Positions 14,714 to 28,800 of a DNA stretch of 64,000 bases are shown one piece after another. Position numbers and translations under genes: made by a program. The notes under the pieces were generated by a model, which was given only the letters and a program-made list of their open reading frames with translations, ran no database searches and was not told the origin of the DNA. Origin of the DNA: Tubiluchus corallicola (lineage: Eukaryota > Animalia > Priapulida); the NCBI GenBank assembly GCA_030141605.1, contig JAQGDQ010000630.1, positions 1-64,000 on the forward strand. Direction: 5' to 3'. Every line of letters begins with the position of its first letter. The first letter of the stretch is position 1.

Positions 14714-15148
14714 GTGACAGGTCACACTTGGTGACCCATTACCAGGTGTGAATTGTGCATTGTGACCGGTCACCTTTGGTGACCCATTACCATGTGGGTA
14801 TTGTGCATTGTGACGGGTCGCACTTGGTGACCCATTTCCAGGTGTGTATTGTGCATTGTGACAGGTTGCACTTGGTGACCCATTACCGGGTGCGAATTGT
14901 GCATTGTGATGGGCCACACTTGGTGACCCATTTCCAGGTGTGTATTGTGCATTGTGACAGGTCACACTTGGTGACCCATTACTAGGTTTGTATTGTACAT
15001 TGTGACGGGTCACACTTGGTGACCCATTACTAGGTTTCTATTGTACATTGTGACGGGTCACACTTGGTGACCCATTTCCAGGTGTGTATTGTACATTGTG
15101 ACAGGTTGCACTTGGTGACCCATTTCCAGGTGTGTATTGTACATTGTA
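14714..15148. repeat. 48-bp minisatellite, about 9 copies
   Basis: Unit GTGACAGGTCACACTTGGTGACCCATTTCCAGGTGTGTATTGTGCATT; produces the 16-aa periodic ORFs. Confidence 0.95.
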
Positions 15149-15184
15149 ATAGATACGCATCAAATTATTTTCACTTGTTTGTAG

Positions 15185-15282
15185 AAAGAAACAGCGCATC
15201 TTTTGGACAGAAGGCTCCCACACTTCTCGAATGCTTGAAGGACATACTGAAACGCTACCCCGAGGGTGGACAAATTCTTAAG
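15185..15282 (+). CDS. SACS: Sacsin exon, start of SIRPT1 ([27 protein letters not shown])
   Basis: TTGTTTGTAG acceptor and AAG|GT donor; matches the sacsin motif FGQ...[16 protein letters not shown]. Confidence 0.93.
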
Positions 15283-15284
15283 GT

Positions 15285-15830
15285 ATTATTATTATTATAA
15301 TTCTTTATTTAAAATATAAAATTGAACGCATATACAAATATTTACATAAAATACATACAGGGACCCTCTATTTGCAGGGTATGGTTAAAAAAACTTTGTA
15401 AATAAAATGGCTGTTATATTCGTAAGACTTTTAAATACCAATAAATCAATATACCAATAAAAGAACAACTAAAATCAAATAGTACCAATTTACACAAAAC
15501 GACCTGTATAATATAAAAGTGACAGATATAATATAAAAGTTCAATATTTTATACTAAAGTTTGTAAAAACGAATCACAAACTAACTCAGAGAAAGCAACT
15601 AGCAGGTTTTTGTCTCGAGAGATATAAATTTTACTAATGTTTTGAAATTGTAGGCTATTTGCGAGCGCTAATCTTTTATTTTCGTCGACCAGAATACAAT
15701 TAAAAAGCAAATGTTCAACTGTTTGTACTTCCTCTGAGCATATACAGGCATTTTCGTGTATGTATCCAATTTTAAAAAGAAAATCTTTAAAATTAATTGT
15801 CCTAGTAAAATACTACAAGATAGCTTTTCT
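15285..15830 (-). mobile_element. LINE 3' fragment with a C-terminal CCHC zinc knuckle and (TAA)n tail
   Basis: Minus-strand translation DFLFKIGYIHENACICSEEVQTVEHLLFNC, then a 3' hairpin CCCTCTATTTGCAGGG (also near 7500), AATAAA and a TAA tail. Confidence 0.7.
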
Positions 15831-16084
15831 AGCCTTCTGCTATTTGTATGAAAAGGAAGGTCTAGTGGAGTTAAAAATACATTTTCAGGAAGAATAGATA
15901 ACCCCTCGCATTGGTAGCGAGTACGGCATCTATTTTTCCATAGGTGTGTTATAAAATGCTCAATATCAGGTAGGTAACAATAAATCTAGAAAGTCTTCTG
16001 ACATCTAACCGTATCTTATTGTGAAATTTTATAACTGTGCAAGTAAAAAATATTAAGTGAATAAAATGACTGATTACAGCAAAA

Positions 16085-16313
16085 ACGTTTTGTCTCAGCT
16101 TTTTCGCCATGTTACCAGTACAGTTGATTACCTCAGTACATGTTACTCACGACCTCCTATTATTACCCTACTTTTACCCTAAATACCACGTGTCACGCAG
16201 GGCAACAGCAGGTAGCATTTTTAAAGTCTTTGGTATGACCCGGCCGCTGGTTCGAACTCACGACCTCCCAGACGGAAAGCAGACGCGTTACCACTAGACT
16301 AAACCGTCCGGTC
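16085..16313 (-). mobile_element. tRNA-derived SINE with a Meta-SINE-like central domain
   Basis: Minus strand: A box TAGTCTAGTGG, B box GAGTTCGAACC, then CCGGGTCATACCAAAGACTTTAAAAATG, resembling the recalled Meta domain. The 3' boundary is approximate. Confidence 0.75.
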
Positions 16314-16385
16314 AAACTGATCCAAATCTGTCTACATTATTTTGTCCCACAACTAATAGATTTGTTTCTATTTCACTTTGCGAAG

Positions 16386-16496
16386 GAGTTGATTCAGAAT
16401 GCGGAGGATGCGGAAGCAAGAACTGTCAAATTTTTGTTTGATGAGAATTCTTATCCAACTGACACACTTTACGATCCAGACATGGCAGACTATCAG
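16386..16496 (+). CDS. SACS: Sacsin exon ([20 protein letters not shown]...YQ)
   Basis: AG/GT boundaries, phase 0/0, GHKL ATPase motif ELIQNA. Confidence 0.95.
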
Positions 16497-17476
16497 GTAA
16501 TCAAATAAAAATCAATACGAGGCTAATCAGTTGAATTATGGTTCGTAATAAATTGCTTTACACACTCAGTAACATGTAGTTAGCCAAAAGAAAACAGGAT
16601 GATTTTTCATGTACTACCCCATTTTTAAGTCCGATAAAAAGTATACATTTTAACACAATTAATGCTACAAAAGCGTTTCTGATAATTAAATAATAGATTA
16701 AAAACTTAATAAAAGGTGGGCGAGCCCAACTATTCATGACATCACAAACTAATTTTCAACAGCGAAAGTATTCCACGAGCATGTTTGCGAAAGCGAAAAT
16801 TGTAGTACAGTGCTACTGTAAGATATTCAGTGTGTTGTATTAAAACTGAGCAAGATTTAAGATCAAAGTTCAAATTTCAAATTTAAAACTGTGCTCACGC
16901 ATGAGCTGTCGAATGTGTGCAGTTCGTCACAAGAAATACATCTAAACTGAGAGGTACAGCACCTCTTTTTGTACAATGCATTTCCAAAATGGAGGCGCTA
17001 GAGCCCGTTTAATTACAGAATACTGAAATGCATGTAACAGTGAAGAACTAGTCATGCGAATGCGAAATTGTGTTTGTGTGGTAATAATTCCTTCACACAA
17101 GTCATTTTTGAAAAAATGGTGTGTTTCCTTTTTATATTTTAAAGAGCAGATTGTTTTGACCTACAGTTTAAGGTTGGGTCCAGTTTTGCTTTAAGGCATA
17201 CATTTATTTTTCACCATCCCACCCTTCTTTAATCTTTGTAAATCATTGTTATATACTATCTATGATTGTTATTTTGAACACAAATAAAAATTTAAAAAAA
17301 TTATTATTATTAAAATATCACAGCGTCTTTACAGATTCATTGTGATTACAAAACGACACATTTAAAGTCACAGTTTTGACATGGAAAAATCTAAAACTGG
17401 TAGCAGTTGTTTTTATCACTCTCTGTTGGGCAGCAGCAGCAGCTCTTTAGGGAAAACGTCTATCCATGCACTAGCC

Positions 17477-17958
17477 CAGGGGTGTGCAAATTATCTGACT
17501 AGCCGGGCCACATTAAACTTTCCCGCAATTCCTGCGGGCCACATGCAGTTTGATCAAGGAGCCAAGTACAGAAAGGCCTAATAACGATTTTTTTGCATCC
17601 GACCTGCGTACATCATTACTACTACACTCAAGAAACTATTTTAGAAGTTATTAAAATTTATATTACAAACCATATATTTCTGCTTTCAGGACAGATAGTG
17701 GTAATTTCATTACAATGCATATTAGTAATGTGTATGACACAGTCTGTGTAGTACAGTGACATTAAGCTACAACCATCTTGTAAAGGTTAATGGCATCCGA
17801 TCTAGTAGAAAAAACTACCCGCACTATCTTTGGGATCGTGGCACGGACTTCAGCTGGATACACTCAATTAATCGCCCGGGCCGCACTTTCATTAGGTTGA
17901 CAAATCTCTTCTCGGGCTGCACAAATTCTCTCGACGGGCCGCAATTTGCACACCCCTG
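17477..17958. mobile_element. hAT MITE family A, copy 2
   Basis: Same TIRs; TSD CACTAGCC. Confidence 0.95.
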
Positions 17959-18193
17959 CACTAGCCATTCCTGTCTGAACTTGACCTTGAGAACAGTGAA
18001 GCCTGGATGTGAGCAGCGGTAACGTGGCGCCAAAAGCACTTACATGATTTTATAACTGCAGCTAAATAACTCGGCAGGAAATTGCAATCCAGTGAGATTG
18101 GATTGTTAAACTTGAACAAAATAAATGAATATGAATGTAACATACTCTGCTCACCTATACTTGATTTAAAGCTTCGTGTATACCTGCATATGT

Positions 18194-18489
18194 TATTATT
18201 ATTTTATTATTATTATTATTATTATGATCATCATCATCATCACTATTATTATTATTACTATTATTATCATCATCGTCGTCGCCGTCGCCGCTGCCACTGC
18301 CGCTGCTGTTGCTGTTGCTGTTGTTGTTATTATTATTATTATTATGAGTTTATTTCGTATAAAAATATACAGTTTACAAAGATAAAGATGTTAGTAAAAC
18401 AGGTAATGCAGTATTAGTAAAGTAACATATCTACAGACATTCAACTTTATAATAACCACACCTTGTAGTTCCCTTGTACTTATATTACA
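18194..18489 (-). mobile_element. Second copy of the retroelement 3' end seen at 1057-1314, with a compound triplet tail
   Basis: 18346-18489 matches 1171-1314; the tail at 18194-18345 is mixed trinucleotide repeats. Confidence 0.65.
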
Positions 18490-18557
18490 TTATACATGTA
18501 CAATGTTAATCAGTTACAATGTTAAGGTTAATCAGTGCAATTTCAATTTGATTTTAG

Positions 18558-18705
18558 GGTCCGGCTCTGTATGCGTACAATGATGCTGTGTTCAGAGCGG
18601 AGGATTGGAGTAGCATACAGTCTGTTCAACGCAGCAGTAAAGCCAACAGCCCTATAAAAGTGGGCCGTTTTGGCATCGGATTCAACTCCGTTTATCATAT
18701 TACAG
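18558..18705 (+). CDS. SACS: Sacsin exon ([12 protein letters not shown]...[15 protein letters not shown])
   Basis: TTTTAG acceptor and G|GTAAT donor; conserved [12 protein letters not shown] motif. Confidence 0.96.
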
Positions 18706-18887
18706 GTAATGAAATTCATAAGTAGGTCACTGACGTATGAGAGCTATTTACCTTTGGGAAACTCAACCTTTAAACTCGTTAAACGAAAATTTAGGAAAGT
18801 AGTAAATCTGTGGTAGCCGATGGCAAATAATTTTTGAGTGTATCTTATAAAACACTATTACATATACTTTACTTTTATCCGTCATGC

Positions 18888-18925
18888 TCTTCTCTCTCTC
18901 CCTCTCTCTCTCGTTCTCTCTCTCT

Positions 18926-18974
<49 letters not shown>

Positions 18975-19122
18975 TCTCCTCTGTCTCTCTCTCTCTCTCT
19001 GCCTCTCTCTCTCTCTCTCTCTTTCTCTCACTCTCTCAGTCTCTCTCTCTCTGCCTCTCTCTCTCCCTCTGTCTTTCTCTCTCTCTCTCTCTCTCATTCT
19101 CTCTCTCTCTCTCTCTCTCTCA

Positions 19123-19208
<86 letters not shown>

Positions 19209-19218
19209 CTCTCTCTCT

Positions 19219-19265
<47 letters not shown>

Positions 19266-19383
19266 TCTCTCCTCTTTCTTTCTCTCTTTCTCTGTCTCTC
19301 TCTCTCTTTCTCTCTCTCTCTTTCTCTCATTCTCTCTCTCCTCTCTCAGAGCTCCCTCATTCTCTCTCTCTCTCCTCTCTCTG
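18888..19383. repeat. (CT)n microsatellite, imperfect
   Basis: Direct reading. Confidence 0.97.
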
Positions 19384-19774
19384 TCACCTATTCATTCACT
19401 AAAGTGTTCGTGAATAAAGTTCCTACACAAATTACGATAGTAACATGAATCTTTAAAAATTAACCGTTTTCCTTCACTAATTTCAAAGTCATTAATTTCA
19501 GCTTTCAGTTACTCAAATTTCACTCAACAACAAATCTGTCTTCTTCACTTATCTGACCAGTATGGCCTGAAGCATTTAAACCACATTCTCTAAGCAGTCA
19601 GTAGGACACAGCTACACACAGTGTATTTCTCACAGATCAATACTCAGCTATGGAATTCTTGACTGTTCCACCAGTGTTATGCTACAATGTTAGGGGCAAC
19701 ACTAGACAACCTATAGAGTTTGCTTTTTACTCATAAAGTCAGTGCCTGTACCTAGGCTTTTCCTTTTCTGCCTA

Positions 19775-20059
<285 letters not shown>

Positions 20060-20871
20060 TGCATTCGTTCATTCTTCCATTTATTTAATATTCATGGCAG
20101 AGTCAACGAATTTACTTTTTACCTACACAAATTTCAATGCAGTTTAAGTGTTTTCATTTACCACCTAAGTCAGGAATAGTTGTACTTAGATAAAGTTGGA
20201 AATCACTAGATTTAATTTGATTTTAAAAGCACCTTTCTCTCCTGTTATTCAAATGTATGTAAGTTGGGTAACCATGGTAACCATAGCACAATATTGCAAA
20301 AGTATGACTACATTGCTTTTGGTAGGCACATTGAGAAAGTAAGCATTGTCGTACACAAAGCCAATAATATACTAACATTCACAGTTGGTTGTGTGAAGCT
20401 GATTATTGGTGTTTTAGGGATGGCAAAACTATGAAGAGTCCGATTATAAAACTACACGTTTATTGAAGAACAAACACAATAAATATAACAGATAGTAATG
20501 CCAAGCCCCCTGATCTAGCCTGCTCTCCTTCAGCTCCCAGACTCAATCTCCCGAGCTGGGCGCATCGCAAGGCTTATATATCGTGCGCCGAGCTTCGACG
20601 CCTTGGCTTCGGTTCTGAATCACTTGCTCACGTGACACCACACCTTAACTGGGCTTCGTGCCAGCAATTATCTATCATAATCTAACAGGTCATATTTTAC
20701 TTTAAGCCTTCTTGCACAAAGCAATAAGTACCAGGGTTAGATTATAAAATGGCATTTAAGTTTCTTACTTATTTTATTGAAAAGCTACAGATATGTATTA
20801 GTTTGGGGCATTTGTGAAGTTTGGTGCAAATAAAATTGACACTAACTCGATGTACCTTATTGAACTTACAG

Positions 20872-22383
20872 ATTTGCCCAGCATAGTGAGCGGCGAATTT
20901 TTCGGAATCCTGGATCCGCACGAACAATTCTTTGGTCTTCGGGAAACCGGCTGCAGGTGGCCTCTGGATTCGCCGGATCTGCTGGAGATGCCGGATCAAC
21001 TTCTCCCTTATCGAAACATTTTCGGCAATCAAAACGATCTGTCGGACGGTTACTACGACGGGACGCTATTCCGTTTTCCCCTGCGGAGCAGACCGTCAGA
21101 ACTCGGTTCTGAAATTTGCGGAAAGGAAACCGTGGAGTACCTGTTCGAGTCGTTCATTGTCGATGCGGACATAGTGTTGCTTTTCTTGAAAAATTTAGAA
21201 CTTATCGAAATTTATAAAAGAGAGAAGGGTAACGACAATGCAAAACTAGTGTACCAGATCAAAGTTGCCGATTCTAACCTCAAAATTGTTCGCCGAGAAA
21301 GGACGCAAATCGTACGTTCCATTTTGGACAACACGACCACGGCCCTGTCGAAATTTCACAGCATACAACTCGAGTCGCTGGACAGACAAGACGGGACGGT
21401 TACTAAACGGGAGTGGTTAGTCAACCATTATAAACCCGGAAGGGACGACATTAGTCGCGACTTGGCCGACCTCTCCTTGCAGCTGTGCAATATCCCTTGG
21501 GTGAGCGTGGCCTTGCCACTGGATGAATTCACCGAGCAAACGGGTCGCGTGTTCTGCTTCCTTCCCCTTTCTCCTCCTTCGACCGACGAAACTCCGACCG
21601 GTCTTCCCGTTAACGTCAACGCTTACTTCGGCATGACCGACAACCGTCGCGACATCAAGTGGCTGGACGCGGAGCAAAGGCGCGATCTTTCGGCGCTGTG
21701 GAATGACGGTCTCTTGTGCGAGGTCGTCCCGTATTGCTACGGACGACTCTTAATCGCTGCCGTCGGCTACGTGTCGGAGTCGATTAAGCTTGAGAGATAC
21801 TTGCCAGACCTGCAGATGGTGGATCCCAAGTGGTTGACAGTGGCGGAAACTATGTACCAGTTTGTTTTTGAGCATAAAATCATTTTCTGTGAAATTAACG
21901 GTGGAGTGTTTATGAGTATAAGCGATACCGTTATTGACTGCGAGTATCAGTACGATCAGAGTGTGATATCCTGCATAAGAACGCTGCTATTAGATAACGA
22001 TTACCCGGTCGTCCGATTACCGGAGCACGTTCACAAAGCCGCCGAGGTACTATACGCCGAGTACGATTCGGTGCAAAAGTTAACTCCCGCACTCGTGAGA
22101 CTGTTCCTTAGAAAAGTCGGTCGAACCATGATCAAGTGGCCGCGCGGCAAAATCTTGGCTGTGCTAGATTACATCCTAAGTGATGGACAATATGCAGAAC
22201 TGGCAGGATTGTGGCTGCTGCCTTTACAAAACGGCGACATTGTTCAGTTTTCCGTTGAATCGGAGAATCACATCTACGTGCTAGCGGAGAGTCATCAGGA
22301 AGCCATTCTTTCATACGTAAAGGATTTCTTGCTCGACTCGTCGTTGAATGCATCTCTAGTCGAGAAACTTGGTGCGAGTGAAG
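20872..22383 (+). CDS. SACS: Sacsin exon, 1,512 bp, remainder of SIRPT1
   Basis: TTACAG acceptor in phase 1 (DLPSIVSG...LDPHE); GTLFRFPLR and GRVFCFLPL motifs; donor AAG|GTAAA in phase 1. Confidence 0.96.
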
Positions 22384-22801
22384 GTAAAAGAGTTGAGATC
22401 TAGTTGCAGATAACAATGCTTGACTATGAACTATGATATTTTATTTCACACATATAACAGAACACACATACAACAATAATATTATTGTAATGTATATGCT
22501 CAAACCAAAGTTGCGTTTCCATATCTATGTTAGTTTACTCTGCAAAAAATACAAATTTTCTGTAGTCTACAATTACTACATCTACAAAACTACTGAAATA
22601 AGTGCAAGAAAATAAGTGCTACAGATTACTACGTTACGCTAAAAAGCTAAAATGCATACATACATTGTTTGTCCAATATTGAGTCGAGAAAAAGCCAGAA
22701 TGTCAGTAAAAGGTAGCAGTATAATTATAAGTCAAATTTTAAATGTAACAAAGACGTGTGTACATAACAAGTTCCACCTATACAATGTCAGAGTAGAAAA
22801 A

Positions 22802-23010
22802 GTAGTCTAGCTTGTTGAACTACAGTCTAATATATTGTGGCTTCTAATGCATATACTACCTTGGGAAAAAGTAGTCTAGCTTGTTGAACTACAGTCTAAT
22901 ATATTGTGGCTTCTAATGCATATACTACCTTGGGAAGGGGTAGTCTAGCTTGTTGTACTACAGTCTAATATATTGTGGCTTCTAATGCATATACTACCTT
23001 GGGAAGGGGT
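22802..23010. repeat. 69-bp tandem repeat x3
   Basis: GTAGTCTAGCTTGTTG starts at 22802, 22871 and 22940. Confidence 0.95.
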
Positions 23011-23903
23011 AATGGACTAAAACATTTGTACCTGCAACAATGGACAAATTTGGTTTTTGTGAGGGGAGTGTAGGACCAAGCGACCAATTCCACACTCCCC
23101 TTACATATTAGATGGTATAATTAGTTCATAGGACCTATAGAAAAATTAGATAACTAATATTATTATATTAATTCTACTGGTATGGGCTTAATATATTTAT
23201 ATTTATATAGCCTTGAATCTTATGAATATACGTATATATATATATATATATATACACATAGGATTCAAGGCTACAGCTCCGACGACGGCACCATTTGCGG
23301 CGATCTATACGTCAAACGAAAGATCTCGATCTAGTGTTGTGCCATTGTGGGTTTATTTTTCGAATCGGGCCCACTGGGACGAACGGAGGGGGGGGCGAAA
23401 AACCTCCAAAAATGGCCATTTTTCGGCCGTTTTTTGCAAAAATTATACGTCTGAGATATAGAGAACGGGAACGGACCATGGGTGGTGCTGGCTATTTATA
23501 GATAGCCCGTTCAGCGGTGGGTGTAGTAGGCATATTTAGAATTGGCGAGAGGGCCACAGCGTCCCTTAACGAGCATCTTCCCGTTATTATATTAATGTAG
23601 CAAGATAATTATTAGTATTAAAAAATTAGGATTAATTTAAACTGAATTAGTCAATAATTTCATGTGATTTGAAATGGCGACTTACGATGACTCAGTGCAG
23701 AATATTAGTTTAAGTTATTCATTTGATGTATGGCCGACAACGCCAATCAAGATATATTTTACAAAAAATCCACATCAATTTACATGCATATACAAGAGTA
23801 TTTAGCTACAACACATTGTACTGTTACTTCATATGACTGCGTAATATGGGATGATACAAAATCTGACTTATTGTGTTGGTAAAGTATGACACAACAGCTA
23901 AAC

Positions 23904-24411
23904 CAGGGATGAGAATGATAAATTGCAAAAAACTCTGAAACAGGCCGGGGGTTTCGGGACCGCATAGGCCCCCATGGGGGTTCAAGGGGGCGAAGCAAAA
24001 AATTGCTATTTTGTGACCATAGAGAGCCTCTAAGTGAACTTAAAATATCAGCTATCTTGTTTCATGCATAATTTAAAATACCCAACTATCAAGGATACAT
24101 GATACCTAATTGTCACAAAAACGCCTAAGTACTGGCCACTCCTATGCAAAAGTATATAAAAACTGTCTGCAATTGAATCAAATAACTCCGCACAATTGAT
24201 TCTATATTTTTATACATAGAGATATACACGTGGTTACACTGATGTACATGATGTAAACAAAGTGACGGCCTGCCAACTAGCGGTCAGCTTGTGAAATAAT
24301 GTACTGGGCCGTGAAAATTTTCTCAACGAATTTATGCGATTTACAAAAATGGCACTACTGATCTTCCAAAAACTCGGAATTCCGCGTATCCGAGGAAGAT
24401 TCTCATTCCTG
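23904..24411. mobile_element. hAT MITE family C, copy 1
   Basis: TIR CAGGGATGAGAAT/ATTCTCATTCCTG; homologous to 61549-62032; partial TSD (CTAAAC). Confidence 0.88.
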
Positions 24412-24654
24412 CTAAACATTTCAAAGTTCGATGTTTCCAATTATTCTCCCAGTTGGTTTTTTTTGTTCACTCATCCATTCTTTTTTTATCGGGTTCACAT
24501 GACAATGGGCTTATACAAGCCTTTGCTTCTCTAGCCCACTGCAGTACAATTATTCTTTTACGATAACGATAGTGTATGAAACATAACAATTTAATATGAT
24601 GTAATAATTTTGATGTCACTGTGTGCTTAATGTCACTATATTGTACTGAACGTG

Positions 24655-25743
<1,089 letters not shown>

Positions 25744-25853
25744 ACTAAATGTAAATGCTTATCCACTTCCAAAGTCTTTCCAAAAATAACTAGGAAACCC
25801 TGCCTGGTTTTTAATTTGAAAACAGTACATAACTGATGTTTTTGTATTTTTAG

Positions 25854-28800
25854 GAACTACACAACTTCGCAAGTTGACGCTAGAAGCCGTTCCTCATCTT
25901 GTGCAAGTTTCGCTTGATCGCATGATCGAATTAGACATGGACTGGCTTCGGAAACTGTGGATTTATTTGTTACGAGAATTTCCCCATGAACTCACACCAT
26001 TTTGTGACATGACCATACTGCCGGACGAGAAGACGTTAGAACTGTACGGACTGTCTCTACCGTCAACTTTAGTTCTGCAACACCACAAAAGCGACTCCAT
26101 TTCAAATGAGGCAGCCGAAGGATTGGCAAGTCTAGGAATTACGGTTGTAAATATACCGGAATTTGTTTTAGATCACCCGGAAATCGGTAACTACGTAAAC
26201 GAACCTTCTCCCGTCGGCGTGTTCAAAGCGCTACAGGTAAAGCTGTACGACGACGAATGTCTGCAAGAAGCAAAAGAGGCGGTGGGGGAACTCGAACGCG
26301 ATGCGAAAAAAGAACTTCGCAAGTTTTTCGCGAGTGCAAACGCGCTAACCGAGGAATCTAAAGCAATTTTAATGGCGCTGCCGCTTTTTCAGTCAACGAG
26401 CGACGGCAGCGATTTTGTTTGCGCCAAAGACGTACCGATGACGACGCCTAAAATGAAATTACCTGTCCACATCCCTGCCAGATTAATAGATATAAACTGT
26501 GATAAAAGTTCTCTGCAACTCTCTTTGTTACTAGATATAGAAGAATTGACTATCAGCAACGTTCTTCTTCTGTACGTGTTTCCAGCTGTTAACTCTAATG
26601 CTTATTCTTGCGAGGAATTAGATAAATTAATCGAATGGATTTCTGGAAATTTTCTGTCGCTGATCGAAGAAAACGGTGAAGTTGGCGAGGCTCTGAAGGA
26701 GCTGTCGTTTGTAAAAAGTACCCGTGGATCTTACGTTAAGCCAAAGAAACTTTTCGACCCTTGGTGTCCTAAGCTTAAGCATTTGTTTGCGTTAGAAAGC
26801 TGCTTTCCGGACGATATGTACGCTCGTCCCGATGTTGTTACGATGCTGAAAACTGTTGGCCTAAAAACGTATGACGACGTGACAATTGCCGATGTTGAAA
26901 GGGCAGCCGAAGTCATAGACGAAAATGCAGATAGCGAAGAAAAAACCGAAGTTCTGCACGAGAAAGGATTTGCTATACTGGAATGGTTGAATGCTAACGT
27001 AAAAACCAGTGAAGAGCTAGTTAATTTACGGAAATTTAAATTTGTTCCGTGCTGCATGTCGCCGCCTCTGTGTTATCCGAAGTGTGCACCTTTTTGCACA
27101 ACGGCATTTGATTATCCCGACAATGTCAAAAGCTCATCGTACGTGTGCCTAATTGGCTCCGTCCAACCTACGGTAGAAGCGGATAACATTGTGAACATTT
27201 CTGAAATGTTTGGTTGGACTACGAAACCAGTTTTGTCTTCTGTAATAAGCCACTTGTCAGTCATGATCAGAAACTACGAAAGTAAAGCTAGGGTGCTGTA
27301 TGAAGAAGCTGTTCTGACAATGTACTCGTATTTTTCCGAGTATGAAATGGACCGGGTTGTGCCTGCTTTGCGTGATCTTGAAATACCGTGGGTGTGGCAC
27401 GGTTTCGGTTTTGCTAGACCGGAGAGGATAGTGGTAAATTTGTCACACAGTTTTCACTTAGAACCTCACATTTATGTTATTCCTGAAATATCCCAAGCAT
27501 TTGAAAGTATGTTTATCAAGTGTGGTGCGCTGCAAGAAATACCATACGAACTTTTCGTTACCGTTATTGAAGAAATTAGCATTAAGTGGACAAATGGCAG
27601 CGACACGTCTATGGATGATTACCTAAAAGACAAGTACGTTGTACTTCAGATACTAGACTGCTTAGTGGCAAATGGAGAAGAGTTACCCAGTCACTTGCGA
27701 GACAACCTACTCCTTCCAGTTGCGAATAACAATAAGAAATTGGAATTCCATCACATCGATAACTGTACGTACTGTGAAAAGGAAGAGCAGTGGTTGTACG
27801 AACAGTATTCCGAAATGGAGAGTTCCGGTAACGTGCAATCGCTGTTATTTATCCACCCCGACATTCCGCAAAGAACTGCGGCTTTGCTTCAAGTTCCAAC
27901 GTTGTCTAAGCAGTGGATCGAATCCGACGAAATTATCAGTTTCGAACAAGCGGGGCAGCAGGAACCGTTAACCCGTCGCATCCGTCGTTTGCTACAAGAA
28001 TACAGCGACGGAATGTCCATTCCGAAAGAAATTGTTCAAAATGCAGATGATGCCGGCGCTTCGGTTGTTAAGTTTTTGTACGACAGGCGGCAAAACTTGG
28101 ATGCTCGCTCTCAGCTGCTTGATCGGGGGATGGCCGTTTGCCAGGGACCGGCCTTGTTAGCGTACAATGATGCTACGTTTACGGACGAAGACTTTCTGAA
28201 CATAACAAAACTGTCGGGTGCAACGAAGAAAGAGAAGACGGAGAAAATCGGTCATTTTGGTTTAGGGTTTAACTCCGTTTACAACGTCACCGACATGCCC
28301 AGTATTGTTAGTCGAAACTACGTGCTGATTCTTGATCCAACGACCGCACATTTGGGCCGACAGATTAGAGACAGGGGAAGACCCGGTATTAAAATAAATA
28401 CAAGAAAGCGATATTTAGGAATATTCGACAATCAGTTTAAGCCGTATCACAACGTGTTCGGTTGCACCTTGTCGGAGGCGACGGGATTCAAAGAGTTTGA
28501 TGGCACGTTGATTCGATTACCTCTGAGGACCGAAAACAGCGAACTTTCTGATAAATGTTATGGCGATGACGATATGGTGGAGCTGCTGTCGATTCTAGCG
28601 AACGAGGCAAGTACTCTGCTACTTTTCACGCAAAGCGTGAAGAAAGTTGAAATCTACTTGCAGGAAGATGTGGACGAGTTGAATGCGATACGCCTATTGA
28701 GCATACATAAATCTCCACTTTTATTCGTTAAGGAGATTCGACCAACTCCGAACATTGCGGAACTGGACAAGTTTACGCAGCAATGCAGCATGCTTAAAGC

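Noticed and set aside
14642-15223. ORFs with a 16-aa repeat ([13 protein letters not shown])
   Set aside because: A by-product of a 48-bp intronic minisatellite that is open in several frames.
16240-16313. tRNA gene on the minus strand
   Set aside because: A and B boxes are present but the sequence runs straight into a SINE core domain.
17381-18039. Recurring small ORFs such as MTLSYN...RKNYPHYLWDRG
   Set aside because: They recur only because the family A MITE is repeated; frames break between copies and there is no transposase motif.
20390-20690. Possible minus-strand solo LTR (antisense TATATAAG and AATAAA)
   Set aside because: I could not find matching TG...CA termini with a TSD.
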